Shown: piece after piece, positions 13,620 through 25,116 of the stretch | Layout of the letters: each line of letters opens with the position of its first letter | Numbering within the stretch: the stretch's first letter is position 1 | NCBI RefSeq assembly: GCF_016432865.1 | Contig: NC_067403.1 | Span: forward strand, 171,554,001 to 171,618,000 | Length of the DNA: 64,000 bases | DNA from: Antechinus flavipes | Taxonomy: Eukaryota | Reading direction: 5' to 3' | Position numbers and translations under genes: made by a program | The notes under the pieces: model-generated | The model's database searches: none | What the model was told of the DNA's origin: nothing | What the model saw: only the letters and a program-made list of their open reading frames with translations

Positions 13620-14496
13620 CAGCACTAGCAAACAATCTAGATCAGGGATGAAGCAGCCCAGGTAAACAAGTCTCCACTGGAGAAAAGAAGGAAGATAGAT
13701 GCACTTAAGCACTTCTTTGGTTCCCTGAATACAAATAAAAACAAACCAAAAAAAAAAAAAAGGCTCATTCCCAAAGCTAAGTCTGAAAACAAAAAATACA
13801 TCCTATTTATTTCCTGGGCATCTCCTACAGGGAATGACCTCTAAAATGATCTTGTGGACTGGTCAAGTTCATTTGTAACACATCCTACAATAAATAGCTG
13901 GATAGGAGGGGCTTACCAGAAAGGATAAGGTCTTCAATGTTAGGCGTGGTTAGAAGAATTGATAAAAATTAATCCCTTGGGCTGGCAGGGAGAAGGTATA
14001 GATAGAGATCAGTTTAGCTCCAAGGTCCGACCTTTAGAAGATATGTAATCCAAGTTATGTCAAATTCCTGAGACCCACCCTGGCAATAGGTCTCAGGAGT
14101 CTCAGTCTACTGGCCATGTCCAGTCAGGAAGCAGAGTTATATCCCTGAGGTTAAATTTTCTTTGAAAAATCTTATTGGCCATTCCATGGCTGCTGCCTTC
14201 CTCTGGTCAGTCTACTGTGGCACTCCACCTCTTGGTGACTTTCTCCTTACCACCTGACCCATGGCATGTGCTTAACTCCAATGTGCTTAACAACCCCAGT
14301 TATAGCTAACTAACTTTTTTAGTATGCTAAGTCCTTTTCAGGATTTAACCTGCAGCTAAAAATAGGTCCCAAACTCATGGCTTCCTCTTAGACTTCATTT
14401 TGTCTGAAATCTGTTCCTCAAATAAATCTGCTTTTTGACAAAGAGAACTGTGAATTCTTCACACACTCAGACTCCAACTTTTGGTGCTTACCATCA
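13620..14496 (+). mobile_element. Probable solo LTR (5' boundary uncertain)
   Basis: LTR-like composition, AATAAA at 14421, 3' end ...CCATCA; family not identified. Confidence 0.45.
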
Positions 14497-14696
14497 TCTC
14501 CTCACTTCAAATCACAATCATAAAGAAAAAAGATTCAGAACCACTTAGAAATAAAACCCATTAAAAAATAAATTTGACATAATTTTTAAGTATACATATA
14601 ATTTTGCCATCTAATAAAGAACGCAAACTTGCTTACTAATGAGATGGATATGTTTGTTTAATTTTTACATAAAGAATTAAATCTTCATCAACCCTT

Positions 14697-14790
14697 TAGT
14701 CAGGAGGACCTAAATTCAAATCTGGTCTCAGACATTTAACACTTTCTAGATATGTGGCCCTGATCAAGTCACTTAACTCCAATTGCTTCG
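14697..14790 (+). mobile_element. 5'-truncated WSINE1-like SINE
   Basis: AGTCAGGAGGACCTAAATTCAAATC...AAGTCACTTAACTCC. Confidence 0.8.
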
Positions 14791-16310
14791 GGGAGGGGCG
14801 AGGGGATTTTTTTTTTTTGAGATTTCTAACACCTTTCATTGTTGCCAATTTTTTTTTTCCGACTCCCCCCATGTTCAATGGCCCTCATCTGGAGTCGAAA
14901 CCCAATTTCAGATTTGATTTATAAAAGGTGTCCAACACTAAAGCCGTTGCATCAAGCATCTGCCTCTTCACCTAGCTTTGAAAGGCAGAGCTTCTGGGTC
15001 TGACAACTTTGCGTGAATAGTGAGGTCAAGATATACCACAGTGGGGATAAATCTCATTAAAACTCCTCTGATTGGTGGAAAATCCATTTTAATTTCAATG
15101 AACCTATCAAAAAGACACATCAATTAAACACTTTTTCTGGGGCAGGGAAAGTGCAGGGTGGATACAAAAAGAGATAAAAGCCTCAATCTTCAAATAACTT
15201 AGAACCTAAGGGAGCAGGGAGAAGTTAACATGCAGACAAATGTATACAAGGGAAGGTACATACAGAATAGTAAATGATTATAGGAAGGCACTAGAACTAA
15301 TGAGGCATTGAGGGGTGGAAAAAGAAGTCAAAAAGGTGAGTCACGGAGCATGAAGTGATTGGTGAAGGGGCCGAATGCTAACCAGTCATAAAATAGACAA
15401 AAGAAGATTCATCTATAAGGCGGCTGTTGAATTTATCTTTGCACCGCACAAATGTGAGCGCATCCTCTGCAGTTTAGGAAGATGCAGGCTCCCTATTGCC
15501 GGTAGAGGAATGCAGACCTTACGGCTCCCCGGCCGCCCACCCTCTTTCTTTCACGTATACTCGCGCTTCTCTCAAGGCCAACTTGGGGGTTCCGTCCCAC
15601 CAGAAGTCACTATCCGCCTCCCCCCAGGCATCCCAGGAACGCAGGAAGACCCCGAAGGAATGGCTTCCTCTCGTTCCCCAAGCACAGGGTCGCACTTAGA
15701 AAGCACACGGCGCGTGGATGGAGCGGGGAGAAGAGGGGCTTTAAACACATTCGGAGAATCGGGGGAGGGGGGCTTCCCCTTTTCTGGGGCGAGAGCGATC
15801 CCCAGGTAACAAAATAAACAAACACTACAAAAGTAACCACTGGGCGAGCAGATATACTTCCGATGAACCCAGTCCGGGGTCCGAGTGACACGGGTTTGAG
15901 ACTCCAGAGACACGCTCCTCTCCGGCGCCCTCCTTTCCCCATCTCACACAGGAGCAAACTGAGACCTAGAAAGAAGTGACTTACTCAAGGTCACCTAAGT
16001 AGCAAGAAGTGGAGCGTGGCCTCGAAGCCTCAGGAAGCAGGAAAAGCCCCTTCCTCTTTCTCTCGGGGCCTCAGTTTCCAGCCCAGTCCAAGGACAGCGC
16101 GCGCCGTCCGGCACGTACCTTTCTCCCCATACTGCCCCAGGCGCGCGCTCGCCCTTCTCCTCCCCTCCTGCCCCAGGCGCGTGCCCGTACTTCGCCTCTT
16201 CCCCCACAGACCCCTCGCGCCACTCACCTAGGGCCGGAAGCCTGGGCCCCCCCTAAACAGCCCTTCGGCCGCCTAGGTCCCCAGTCTGGGACTCCTCCTC
16301 TCAGGCCTAC

Positions 16311-16440
16311 CTGCCGCACCAGCCCACCATAGTGGGAGGAGACTGCGGGCCAGGCCGGGGATTGGGCGAGTGTCCGTTTGGACCCTGCCGATTTTCCATC
16401 TAGTATTTGGTGGCGCCGCCATCTGGCGGGCTGCCAAGGA
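16311..16440 (-). other. ABHD18: Putative first exon of ABHD18 (5' boundary uncertain); positions 1-16310 would be its intron 1
   Basis: Strong minus-strand donor CAG|GTAGGC at 16310 inside the island; ABHD18 is head-to-head with MFSD8 in human. No ABHD18 coding exon is visible in the window, so the name rests on synteny only. Confidence 0.45.
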
Positions 16441-16728
16441 AGAGTCACGGGGTGGATGGAGGGGGTGGGGAGAAGGCTGGGCTCTAAAGCCAGGCGCATC
16501 GTCCTGCGCACGCGCCCTAAGCCCCAGGCAAGACAAGCTTCGGCTACCTACTTCACCCTGCTGCGCACGCGTCCCGGCGTCGCGGAAAAAAAAAAAAAAG
16601 TGAAGGGCGCCGCCTGAAAAAGGGGCGTGAAGTGTCGCGAGAGTCGGCTCCGAACCTGCGCTTTCTCTGCCTCCTCCTTAGCTTTAGAGTAGGGGGTCAA
16701 GCTCCGAGTTTGGGGTCCTGAGTTCGTC

Positions 16729-16793
16729 ATGGCCGCCTGCGGAACCGCAGAGGAGCGGCAGCCTTTGCTGGGCGAGCAGGACCCGGGGAGCAG
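16729..16793 (+). CDS. MFSD8: MFSD8/CLN7 coding exon 1 (MAACGTAEERQPLLGEQDPGS); contains the acidic dileucine lysosomal sorting motif ERQPLL
   Basis: ATG at 16729 inside the CpG island; donor CAG|GTGAG at 16794; E9-x3-L13L14 in the same register as human EQEPLL; phase 2 joins exon 2 in frame. Confidence 0.93.
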
Positions 16794-17920
16794 GTGAGCT
16801 AGGGCCCAAAGCTTGGGGGTGGCGGCGCCTTCTGTCTCTCTGCTCTTCTTACACGCAGGGAAACGGAGTCAGGGGGATGTAGTGCTTGATTGAAGGACGA
16901 GTCGGACCTGACCTGGGGGCAGCTTCGGTCTTCCATGTTATCATTTTCCATGAACAAGATTTAGTTTTCTTTTACAACAAGGATGGGCAATCGCCCAGAG
17001 CCAGCCTCTGTGCTGTGATATTCGGAAAGGGTTATGTAGCGGTCGGCACCCGCAGTCCACCACCTGGATCAGAGCAGCCTGGCATTAGATCCCGAGTCAG
17101 AATGCAGTTAAAATGCAGACCCTGGACAAGCCACTGCACCTTGCCTCAGTTTCCTTATCTGTAAAGGGAGGACACTTTCCCTTTTAACAAATGCGATAGT
17201 TTCCCAAATCTTAGCGCACGATATACGTGTAGTTTTTTGTCACATACACAATAATAATATACAAGTATGCCATGCATAGCATGTAAACGTAATATGTAAT
17301 ATATAAATATAAATGCTGGCTATTGTTTCTAATTAGTCCTCTGGAATCATAGTTGGTCGTTGCAGTGGCCAGAACTTTTCTCTTTTATGATAATGTTGTG
17401 TAAGTTTTGCTAGCTTTAGTGCCGCTCTATTCCGTAGAAATAGTCACAGGTTTCCCCAATTTCCCCCTATTTCTTAGTTGTGCAGAAATTATTCACTTAA
17501 TATACATTCAGATATTCAGCTATTGCCCCGTGGGTGGGGGCAGTTTCGAATTTTTTTGCCACCACCAAGGAGTGTTGCTATATATAAATATTATGGGTTC
17601 TTTCCTCTTTTGTTTTCTGCCTCTGTATGAGAAGGAAAAGGAGGAAGCTGATGGAAACAAATTGACCAACCCCAACTAAAGGCAGGCAGTTGTCAAAGCC
17701 CAAGTAGAATCTTGTCAGTTTCCAGGTGAAAAAGGCCACATTAAAAGATGAAAACTTGGCAGTTGTGCATCATTCACATTTTCATTTGTTAAATTCAAAG
17801 AATGTTTAAACAGTAAAGATTCTTGGAGTTCAAAGGAGACACCAAAAAGTTTAGGGTTCTTGACTGGTGCTGTTAAGTGTCTCAAAAGAATTTGCAGGCT
17901 TAGGCAAAGTTTATTATAAA

Positions 17921-18534
17921 TGTAAGGACTACTAAAGTGAGATACATTCCAAAAGAATTTAGCTAGGAATCCCAAACATGAAGATAAATTTTTAAGACAA
18001 AGTGTTAATGCCAGAGAAACTGAACAAGAAAGAGATTAGAGACCGATTTAATAGTTTATTAAATGGAGAGATGGACTGGGACCAATGGATCCATGTTAGT
18101 CCCAGGGCTGGAGGAGACTTTTCATCTCAAAGAGTCCAGCCCTCAAGTGTCAGAGGGCAAGGTTTTAATAGGATAACAAGTACAGTGACATAATGGGGGA
18201 GGTACCTAGGCGGAGATAACCTAATGGTGGGGGAGGCCCCTAGGATGACACAATGGAGGGAGGTTACTGATATTCTAATGACACCTTAAATGGATAAACT
18301 TTTATCCTGTCAAACCTTAAGAAGGAATGTCTATAACCTAAAGATATAAAACCTTTCTCATCAACCATTTAAGAGGGAATGATTATAGCCTGGGATTTTG
18401 GGTTAGAGCAACTAAAGTAGACCTTTAATCTCATCAAACATTAAGAGGGAAAGGTTATAACCTGAGGCAGAATAACTAAATAGGACAATTGGAGAAACTG
18501 GGTCACGACTTTAAAAGAGAACTTTGGCACAACA
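17921..18534 (-). mobile_element. Probable solo LTR, antisense in MFSD8 intron 1
   Basis: TGT...ACA termini; minus-strand AATAAA at 18055-18060; no clean TSD. Confidence 0.55.
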
Positions 18535-19334
18535 AAAGATCCTGTGCTTCTTGTCACTGATATGCCAATTTCATGGTTTAGGGGTAGAATTGAAGAGGGG
18601 ATCCCGAAACTAAAAATCCTTAAAAGAGAAAATCTCCTTCAGTGTGTACTCCATTATTGAATTCTGTGACTTAAGAAGTAACTGTTGCCCCGTGGATGGG
18701 GGCAGTTTCGAATTTTTTTGCCACCACCAAGGAGTGTTGCTATATATAAATATTCTGGTTCTTTTCTCTTTTTTCTTTCTCTATATGAGAAGAAGGAACG
18801 TTTATTATTACTGACCAACAGATTGTCATCTAACTGCCAGCAATATTTATAGAATTACTGTGACTCCCTTGGCTAGGGACATTAGAGTTATTGCTACATT
18901 CTCCCTAGGAGCTACCCCCCGTTTCGATGGTAGCGATTTATTAGTATGAACCAACCCAGCATATTGATTTTTGAATCTTGGCCATCAGAATCCCAGCACA
19001 TAAAACAGTCTGATAGAAATGGCAAAATGTTCTTTTTTTACACTAAACTGAATTTCCCTGGAAAAGGCCTAGTAGTAGTGCAGTAGTGAAGACTAGTAGT
19101 AGTTTTACATATTTGAACATGTATCATGTCACACTACTTAGTGTTATCCTGTGAAAATGATTTTTTCCTTGATTATTTATAATGATATATTTAAATTGAT
19201 ATGTTACTTTAAAAATATATTAGTCAGCCCAATCACATCCTCACATATCTGGAACAAATATAGTGAAGCAGTTAAATCGAATTAAGACTTCACCCATCTC
19301 AGAATTTTAGAAAATATTTTTCAAGTTAGAGACA

Positions 19335-19563
19335 CAGTTGGGTGGCACAGTGAATACAATGCCTGGCCTGGAGGCAGGCAGACCTGAGTACAAATCCAAC
19401 TTCAGACACTTAATTGTGTGACCCTGGACAAGTCATTTACCCGGTTGCCTTCAGGTTCCTCATCAGTAAAATTAAAAAAGCAGTAGCAAACCACTTCATC
19501 TTCTGCCAAGAAAACTAAATGGGATCATTAAGAGTCCTATGGGGCTGAAAACTCGTTGAACAA
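19335..19563 (+). mobile_element. Mar1-type CORE-SINE with RTE-like tail (related copies at about 32523-32835 +, 46829-47084 -, 49265-49470 -, 57755-57945 +)
   Basis: CORE domain followed by GCAAACCACT...GCCAAGAAAAC...AAATGGGATCA...AAGAGTC tail. Confidence 0.75.
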
Positions 19564-21829
19564 TTCTAGATGTGTGAGTTTTCTTGGCAGCTGAAGGCTT
19601 TTAAGCATTGTATTTAAATTTTTTTTTAAACCCACTTTGCATTAAAAGATTTCCAAAACCGAATTTACTCCTCTGCCTTCTTAAACTGACTGGTACTATT
19701 TCACCTTTTCCTTTAATGACTCATTCTCATCTTTTGTCATTTTGATTCTGTTCTTTGTAACACAATTATATCCTCAGGGTCCATTAAGACATTTGCTCTT
19801 TAACCCAATAACCTCAGTTTCTTACTGCTTTTGATTTGAATCTGGGTCTTTATATGGATGTTTTGTGTTTTTTTCAGCAGCTCTCACTGCTGTCACTATG
19901 GTGACATGGTGTATGATGTCTACATCTTCCTGATTTTCTTCTTTTAAATTTAAATGAGAAGATCTATCCTTACTTAAAATGTTTATCGATGTCATTTGAG
20001 GTTTTCTGCATATTACCACATGCACAGGAATATGTGGTTGAATGTAATCCATTAGGCAACGGCTATATTGAACACCAACAGAGAATGCATTGAGAACTAG
20101 GCAGAGTTAAGGGAGAATATAGCAGATTGGATTACATTTGAGGAATTGAACAACACTTTCAGTGTTCCCAGGCTATTTCCTCCAAACCAAAACTCAACTT
20201 TTTATTTTCCCATTCATTCCGTATACCTGTGACTCATTCGGTGGTACGATTTAGATTCTTCACCGGTTGTATTGTTTAATGAAGGCAGTGGGAACCATGT
20301 GAGGGTCACAAATAAGGCTTGCATGCAAAAAGTGGCACAGGAGAAATCATTAAAGATCTGTGGTCAGGAAAGGTATTGAGCCAAGAAATTCAATGGTAAA
20401 AGGAAGTCAGGTGGAAAGCCCTAAGGTTAAAAGACCTGTAGAGGGGAGGAGATTTCTCCCTCCATCCACCTAATATATCCCTTCCTTCTAGGAGCTTTTA
20501 TCCTAATAGAGACATGAAAACAGAGAGAAGTGCGGGGCTGGAGAAGAGAGTTCAGGGAATAAGGGTGGAGACCAATGGTGAGCATCAGTAAGCATTATAT
20601 ACAAGAAGTGGGACAAAAAATAATTTTAAAATCTCACATGAATGAGCAGAACTATAGGGCAGACATTTATTCCCTATTCCAGGAGCTTGCAGTTGAAATG
20701 ATTGGGTCCTTATCCAGAGAGAGCAAGAGCTGGGAGGGGAAGAAACGATTTAGCTTCCCAGAGGGTAGGATGCTGACTAAACTAAAGTTTCATTAGTAAT
20801 GATCATATGAAGTCTGGGACTGGCTAGATACAATGTATATGTGAATTTTTATTCTCTTCCCACCAGTTTAGGGAAATCCACTGAATTAATCGCCATTGTT
20901 AGGGTAAGTTGTAGGGAAGGGAGGCTTGATCATTGGAGAGCTTTGCTAGACCAGGAGTACCTCTGATCCTAGTGGGAAGAATAAGGACAGCAACTGTAAT
21001 GCTGAAACTGAGCAACTGAGACAAGATACTGAGAAACTGAGGCAAGATAGAGATTAGAGAGTTTTTAATATATTTGAAAGGGAGAGATTGTGATGGGGAC
21101 ATGCTGCCCCTAGAGATAATGTCCAAAGCATCCAGCAGGTAATGTGTGCTTCCCATGAAGTTACATGTGCACATGACTCCAAGCTACTAGGGGGTAGACT
21201 GAGGCAGGGGTGGAGTCAGCACTGAGAGCAGGGGCAGACTATCAATCCGGTTCTGACAGGGGGAGGGGGAGTACCAGACATTCTGATAAGAAGGGAAGGG
21301 CTGGGATCATGATGATTAGGAGGGAGGGGTGGAGGTGCAGGATTGAGCAGAACAATTCAGGGAAACCGAGTCAGGACAAAAAAAGGGAACTGTGGCACAA
21401 CACAACAAAGCTGAGGCCAACTTACTATTTGTTAGAAGACCTGGAGAAAGGCAGCTTCTATTTTTTTGCTCCTCTTCCACTAAGGATTTATGGACAAAGA
21501 TTATATAGGATGAAAAGTTTTTGTATGGATTGTGATCTGTGTTGCAGTATTATGGGGATCCTAGATTAAATTTGGAAAGGACCATAACTTTTCATTTAGA
21601 TTATTTTGTGTCATGAGGCCCTTTTGGGAAGTCTGATAAACCTATATACCCTTTCTTGGAATAATATTTTTAAGTTCATAAGATATTAGGAAGGGTAGGG
21701 GAACAAATATTTATTCACCACCCTTATGTGCCAGGCTTTGTGAGGAACATTACAAATATTATTTCATGTGGTCCTCACAACCCCTACATACTATTGTTAT
21801 CTCTTTTTTATAGCAGACAGGGATGAAGT

Positions 21830-22531
21830 TGATGAGGAGAGCCCGAAAACTCACACACTCACTCTCTCTCCGACTTTGGGGGGAGCGCTTGAGAAACTAC
21901 CTCAGAGAAGCTTTTTCCTGAGAGGCCCACACCAGGGAATCAAGATAAACTTGTTTCGCACTGTTATCTGGGTGGGACTAGTTGAGTCCGGGACCACTCC
22001 TACTTAGCTGGAGATAGAGATTTCTATCTAACCCTATTGAGTTGGAAAGTAGTCCAGGGACACTCATTCAATTGGAAGATTCTCTATTCTGATTTCATCT
22101 CAAACTGCTCCTGGCCCCCACCAAGAGCTACCCATATAACAAACTTCCTTCAGCCCAATTCTTTGCAGAGGACCTAAAAGCAGGAATCATGCCAAGGAAC
22201 CTCTTTCCTTAGCAGAGCTGCTACTCTCTGCCTGCTGAAAAGATTTCTCTTTATCTCTCTCACCTATTTCCCTAATAGGACCTTACTTACCTCTCTGCCT
22301 GGATTTCTCTGCTAAAAATTTTCTCTTTCTATGTTAAATTTTTACTTCTCTGTCGGGACCTTGCCACTTGGAAGTCATTCTTCCTAGCAAAAGCTAACTT
22401 CCTGATGCCAAATGCCAATAAAAACTTCTTTTGCCAGTCTAACTCCTCAGGTTCATAAATTCATTTACAAAAGACCTGCTCCTACCAGAAGGGAGTTCCC
22501 ACAACTCCTTGCCCTGTGCTGAACCTCATCA
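21830..22531 (+). mobile_element. 702-bp solo LTR (ERV1-like) inserted in an antisense SINE
   Basis: 8-bp terminal inverted repeat TGATGAGG/CCTCATCA, 4-bp TSD AAGT (21826-21829, 22532-22535), AATAAA at 22417; the host SINE rejoins across the insertion. Confidence 0.85.
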
Positions 22532-24151
22532 AAGTGATTTGCCTGGCGACACACAGTTAATTAGGATCTCAGACTAGGGTTGAACTCGGGCCTGCTGGGC
22601 TCCTGACCTTGTACTCTAGCTACTGTGCCACCTAACTGCTTCTATAAATGAAATTCATAGGATTGCAAAGGAAGCTAATTATATTTCAGTAGTTTTAAAA
22701 ATATTTTTAAAAACAAATTTTGGACCTTATTTCAAAACCCCTCATCCAGAGCAGCCCTCTCATTTTATAGAGAAGCATATTGAGGCCTTGAGAAGTTTAA
22801 GAGACTTGCCCTTAAGTTCATGAGATACAAGGAAGGGAAGAGAAACAAATATTTGTTAACCACTGTTAAGGTTGGAGATGGGGGTAAAGGGCTTCAAAAG
22901 CCAAGCAGGAGTTTGAATTTGATCCCATAGACAGTTAAAAGCTCCTTGATTTTCTGGGAGAAAGATTTGCTGTCAAACCTGCTCTTTAGGAAATTCACTT
23001 CCTGTCTGAGAGGATGGATTAGAGGGGATAGAGTAGAACCTGGACTCAAGGCTGCTTGCAGTGACTCACAAGACAGGGGATGAGGCCCTCAGTTATTGTG
23101 GTGGACAAAAGGAAGAGGTAAAATCCATGAGTCTTGGCTACTAGTGTATTTTATTTGTTTGTTTATTTATTACCTACTATTTCTTTGAAGCTGCTTGACA
23201 TTAGATCAGATGTCACCTGTAGAAATCTATCCTAATATCCTCATGTTACAAAGCAGGTGAACAGAAACCTAAAGAGTAAACTCAAATGAGATGACCTAGG
23301 TGGGGAGCCAGATTTAAACTCGAGTGTTCTGATTCCAGATCTGGGGCCCCATCATACTGGGCTTAATTATAAAACCTCAGAGATCACCAAATCCATCTCA
23401 TATCTGAGGAAAAAATTACGCAATGCACCAGTTCATTTACCTCCCCTAAACTTATCCTGTGTTTATTGTATATAGTTATTTTTATACAAATTGTTTCCCT
23501 TAACAGAATCTTGTTATTGTTTCATTTATTTCTTTGTATTTCTAGTGCTTATTTTAGAGCCTGACTCATAGTAGGTATTTAATACATTGGCTAACTTTTG
23601 TGATGTTTGTCCATTGCTTCAAACTCCATCCTGATTCTAAATAGAAATTCCTCCTCTTCCCTCCTTCCATTTTCTTCTCTGATTTATTTAACTATGCCTT
23701 CTGCTATGGTTCTGAGAATCCTCACCAGTTGTTATTCTCTATTAGTGACAACTTCCTTTGTGATATAGTAGAAAAAGTTAGATTTGAGTTTGAATCCCAC
23801 CTCAGGTTTGCTCATAAATCAGATTTTTCTGGATAACACTTTGCCTGGGTCATTTAAGAGCCAGCCCTGGAGTTGAAGAGGAGTAGCTGATCTCTTAAAT
23901 TAAATTAATCTGTAGAGGGAATTTCCTCAGTTAGTGGTCTTTCACAAATTAGTGATTTCCTCCTGTCCCTACTTTCTATGGACCTAGAATGGGCAGGAAC
24001 ATCTAATCTACATTCCCTTTGTTGATAGATAAGACTTTTTTCCCTTCATTGTTTCTCCTATGTTTAAATTTTACCTCACTATCCCCCTTTCATTCTTGTC
24101 CATATGTGGTGATTACATAAATGTTATTTTCTCATTTTTCTACAAATCTAG

Positions 24152-24243
24152 TCAGTGGGATGTTATAGAAACTGAAGAGCATTATAGGAGTCGATGGCGT
24201 TCCATTCGCATCCTATATCTCACTATGTTTTTCATTAGTGTAG
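24152..24243 (+). CDS. MFSD8: MFSD8 coding exon 2 ([30 protein letters not shown])
   Basis: ctag| acceptor, |gtaagt donor, 92 nt; near-identical to human [25 protein letters not shown]. Confidence 0.97.
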
Positions 24244-24974
24244 GTAAGTATTGGGAGATGGGAAAGAAAGAAACAAATCAAGTCCTGTAACCTTTCTCTT
24301 CTATGTTTTAAGTGATGAATAATTTTTTTCCTTACCAAATTATCAAGTAGGAGTAGTATCAGTATAATTATAAGGTTAAGTAGTTGTACATGAAAATGGA
24401 AGGGCAGTATTTGGAGTGACTACTTTTAAAGTAATGTGTTTTTTCCCCTTGTAATCTCTTTGAGTTGACATATACTAATTCTGTTGGCTTCACTTGAAAC
24501 TGGCTTAAAGAATTGATCAATAAAGTATTTGTTAAATAAAATAAAGTATAGAAAATGCTGTGCAAACCTTGAAATGCTATATAATTGCTGTGATTATTAA
24601 GCTAAAGGAAATGGTTTCTGACTTCAAGGAGCTGACATTATGATGAGGGAGATAACATGTATATACCTAAATCAGCAATAATGGAATGAATACAGGGCTT
24701 TTCGCAGAAAAGACTTGGCAAGGAAAGGATGCAGAAAGAATCAGGAAAAGCATAGAAGGAGGCACTTGAGTTCAGAGAAAGCCAGAGTTTTCCACAAGGA
24801 GTGGTGAGGTGAAAAGGAAGGGCTTCTCATGCCTAGGGAACCACTCAATGAATCTCTTCTGTCTTCTTAATCTCTTTTATGTTCCAAACAGTAATGTGTG
24901 AAAATCAGATTTCAAATAAAACTAAAAGTGAAGAAAATGCCCAATAGCCTCCAAAATTCATTTTTTCAAGTTTT

Positions 24975-25116
24975 TCCCCCCCTGAGGCAGTTGGGGTTAA
25001 GTGACTTACCCAGGGTCACACACCTAGGAAGTGTTAAGTATCTGAGGCCAGATTTGAATTCAGGTCCTCCTGACTTCAGGACTGGTGCTCTAGCCATTAC
25101 ACCACCTAGCTGCCCC
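24975..25116 (-). mobile_element. WSINE1-like SINE
   Basis: Reverse complement of the full SINE (GGGGCAGCTAGGTGGTG...); explains ORFs 24898-25269 and 24966-25175. Confidence 0.88.

Larger units (their letters stand above)
15500..17110. promoter_or_regulatory. CpG island / bidirectional promoter of MFSD8 (+) and, by synteny, ABHD18 (-)
   Basis: Abrupt GC- and CpG-rich segment in an AT-rich window; contains the MFSD8 ATG. NRF1-type TGCGCACGCGC at 16505 (near-match at 16562), BANP/ZBTB33-like TGTCGCGAGA at 16633, YY1/CTCF-like CCGCCATCTGGCGG at 16416. Boundaries approximate. Confidence 0.88.

Noticed and set aside
14940-15110. Unique-looking segment upstream of the island, possibly an ancient repeat or ncRNA
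   Set aside because: I could not match it to any snRNA, snoRNA or TE that I can recognise; no supportable call.
1-16300. ABHD18 coding exons
   Set aside because: I searched the minus strand for MGVSKLD/GWG-type sequence and found none; the coding exons presumably lie before position 1.
16449-16470. G-quadruplex candidate GGGGTGGATGGAGGGGGTGGGG
   Set aside because: Only three runs of at least 3 G; unremarkable for a CpG island.
16546-16552. Alternative minus-strand donor GAA|GTAGGT at 16551
   Set aside because: Plausible but weaker on the exon side than CAG|GTAGGC at 16310; cannot be resolved without RNA data.
15375-16730. Many overlapping 65-144 aa ORFs on both strands in the CpG island
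   Set aside because: Expected from high GC (few stop codons). No recognisable homology and Pro/Arg/Gly/Ala-biased. Only the 16422 ATG segment was kept as a hypothesis.
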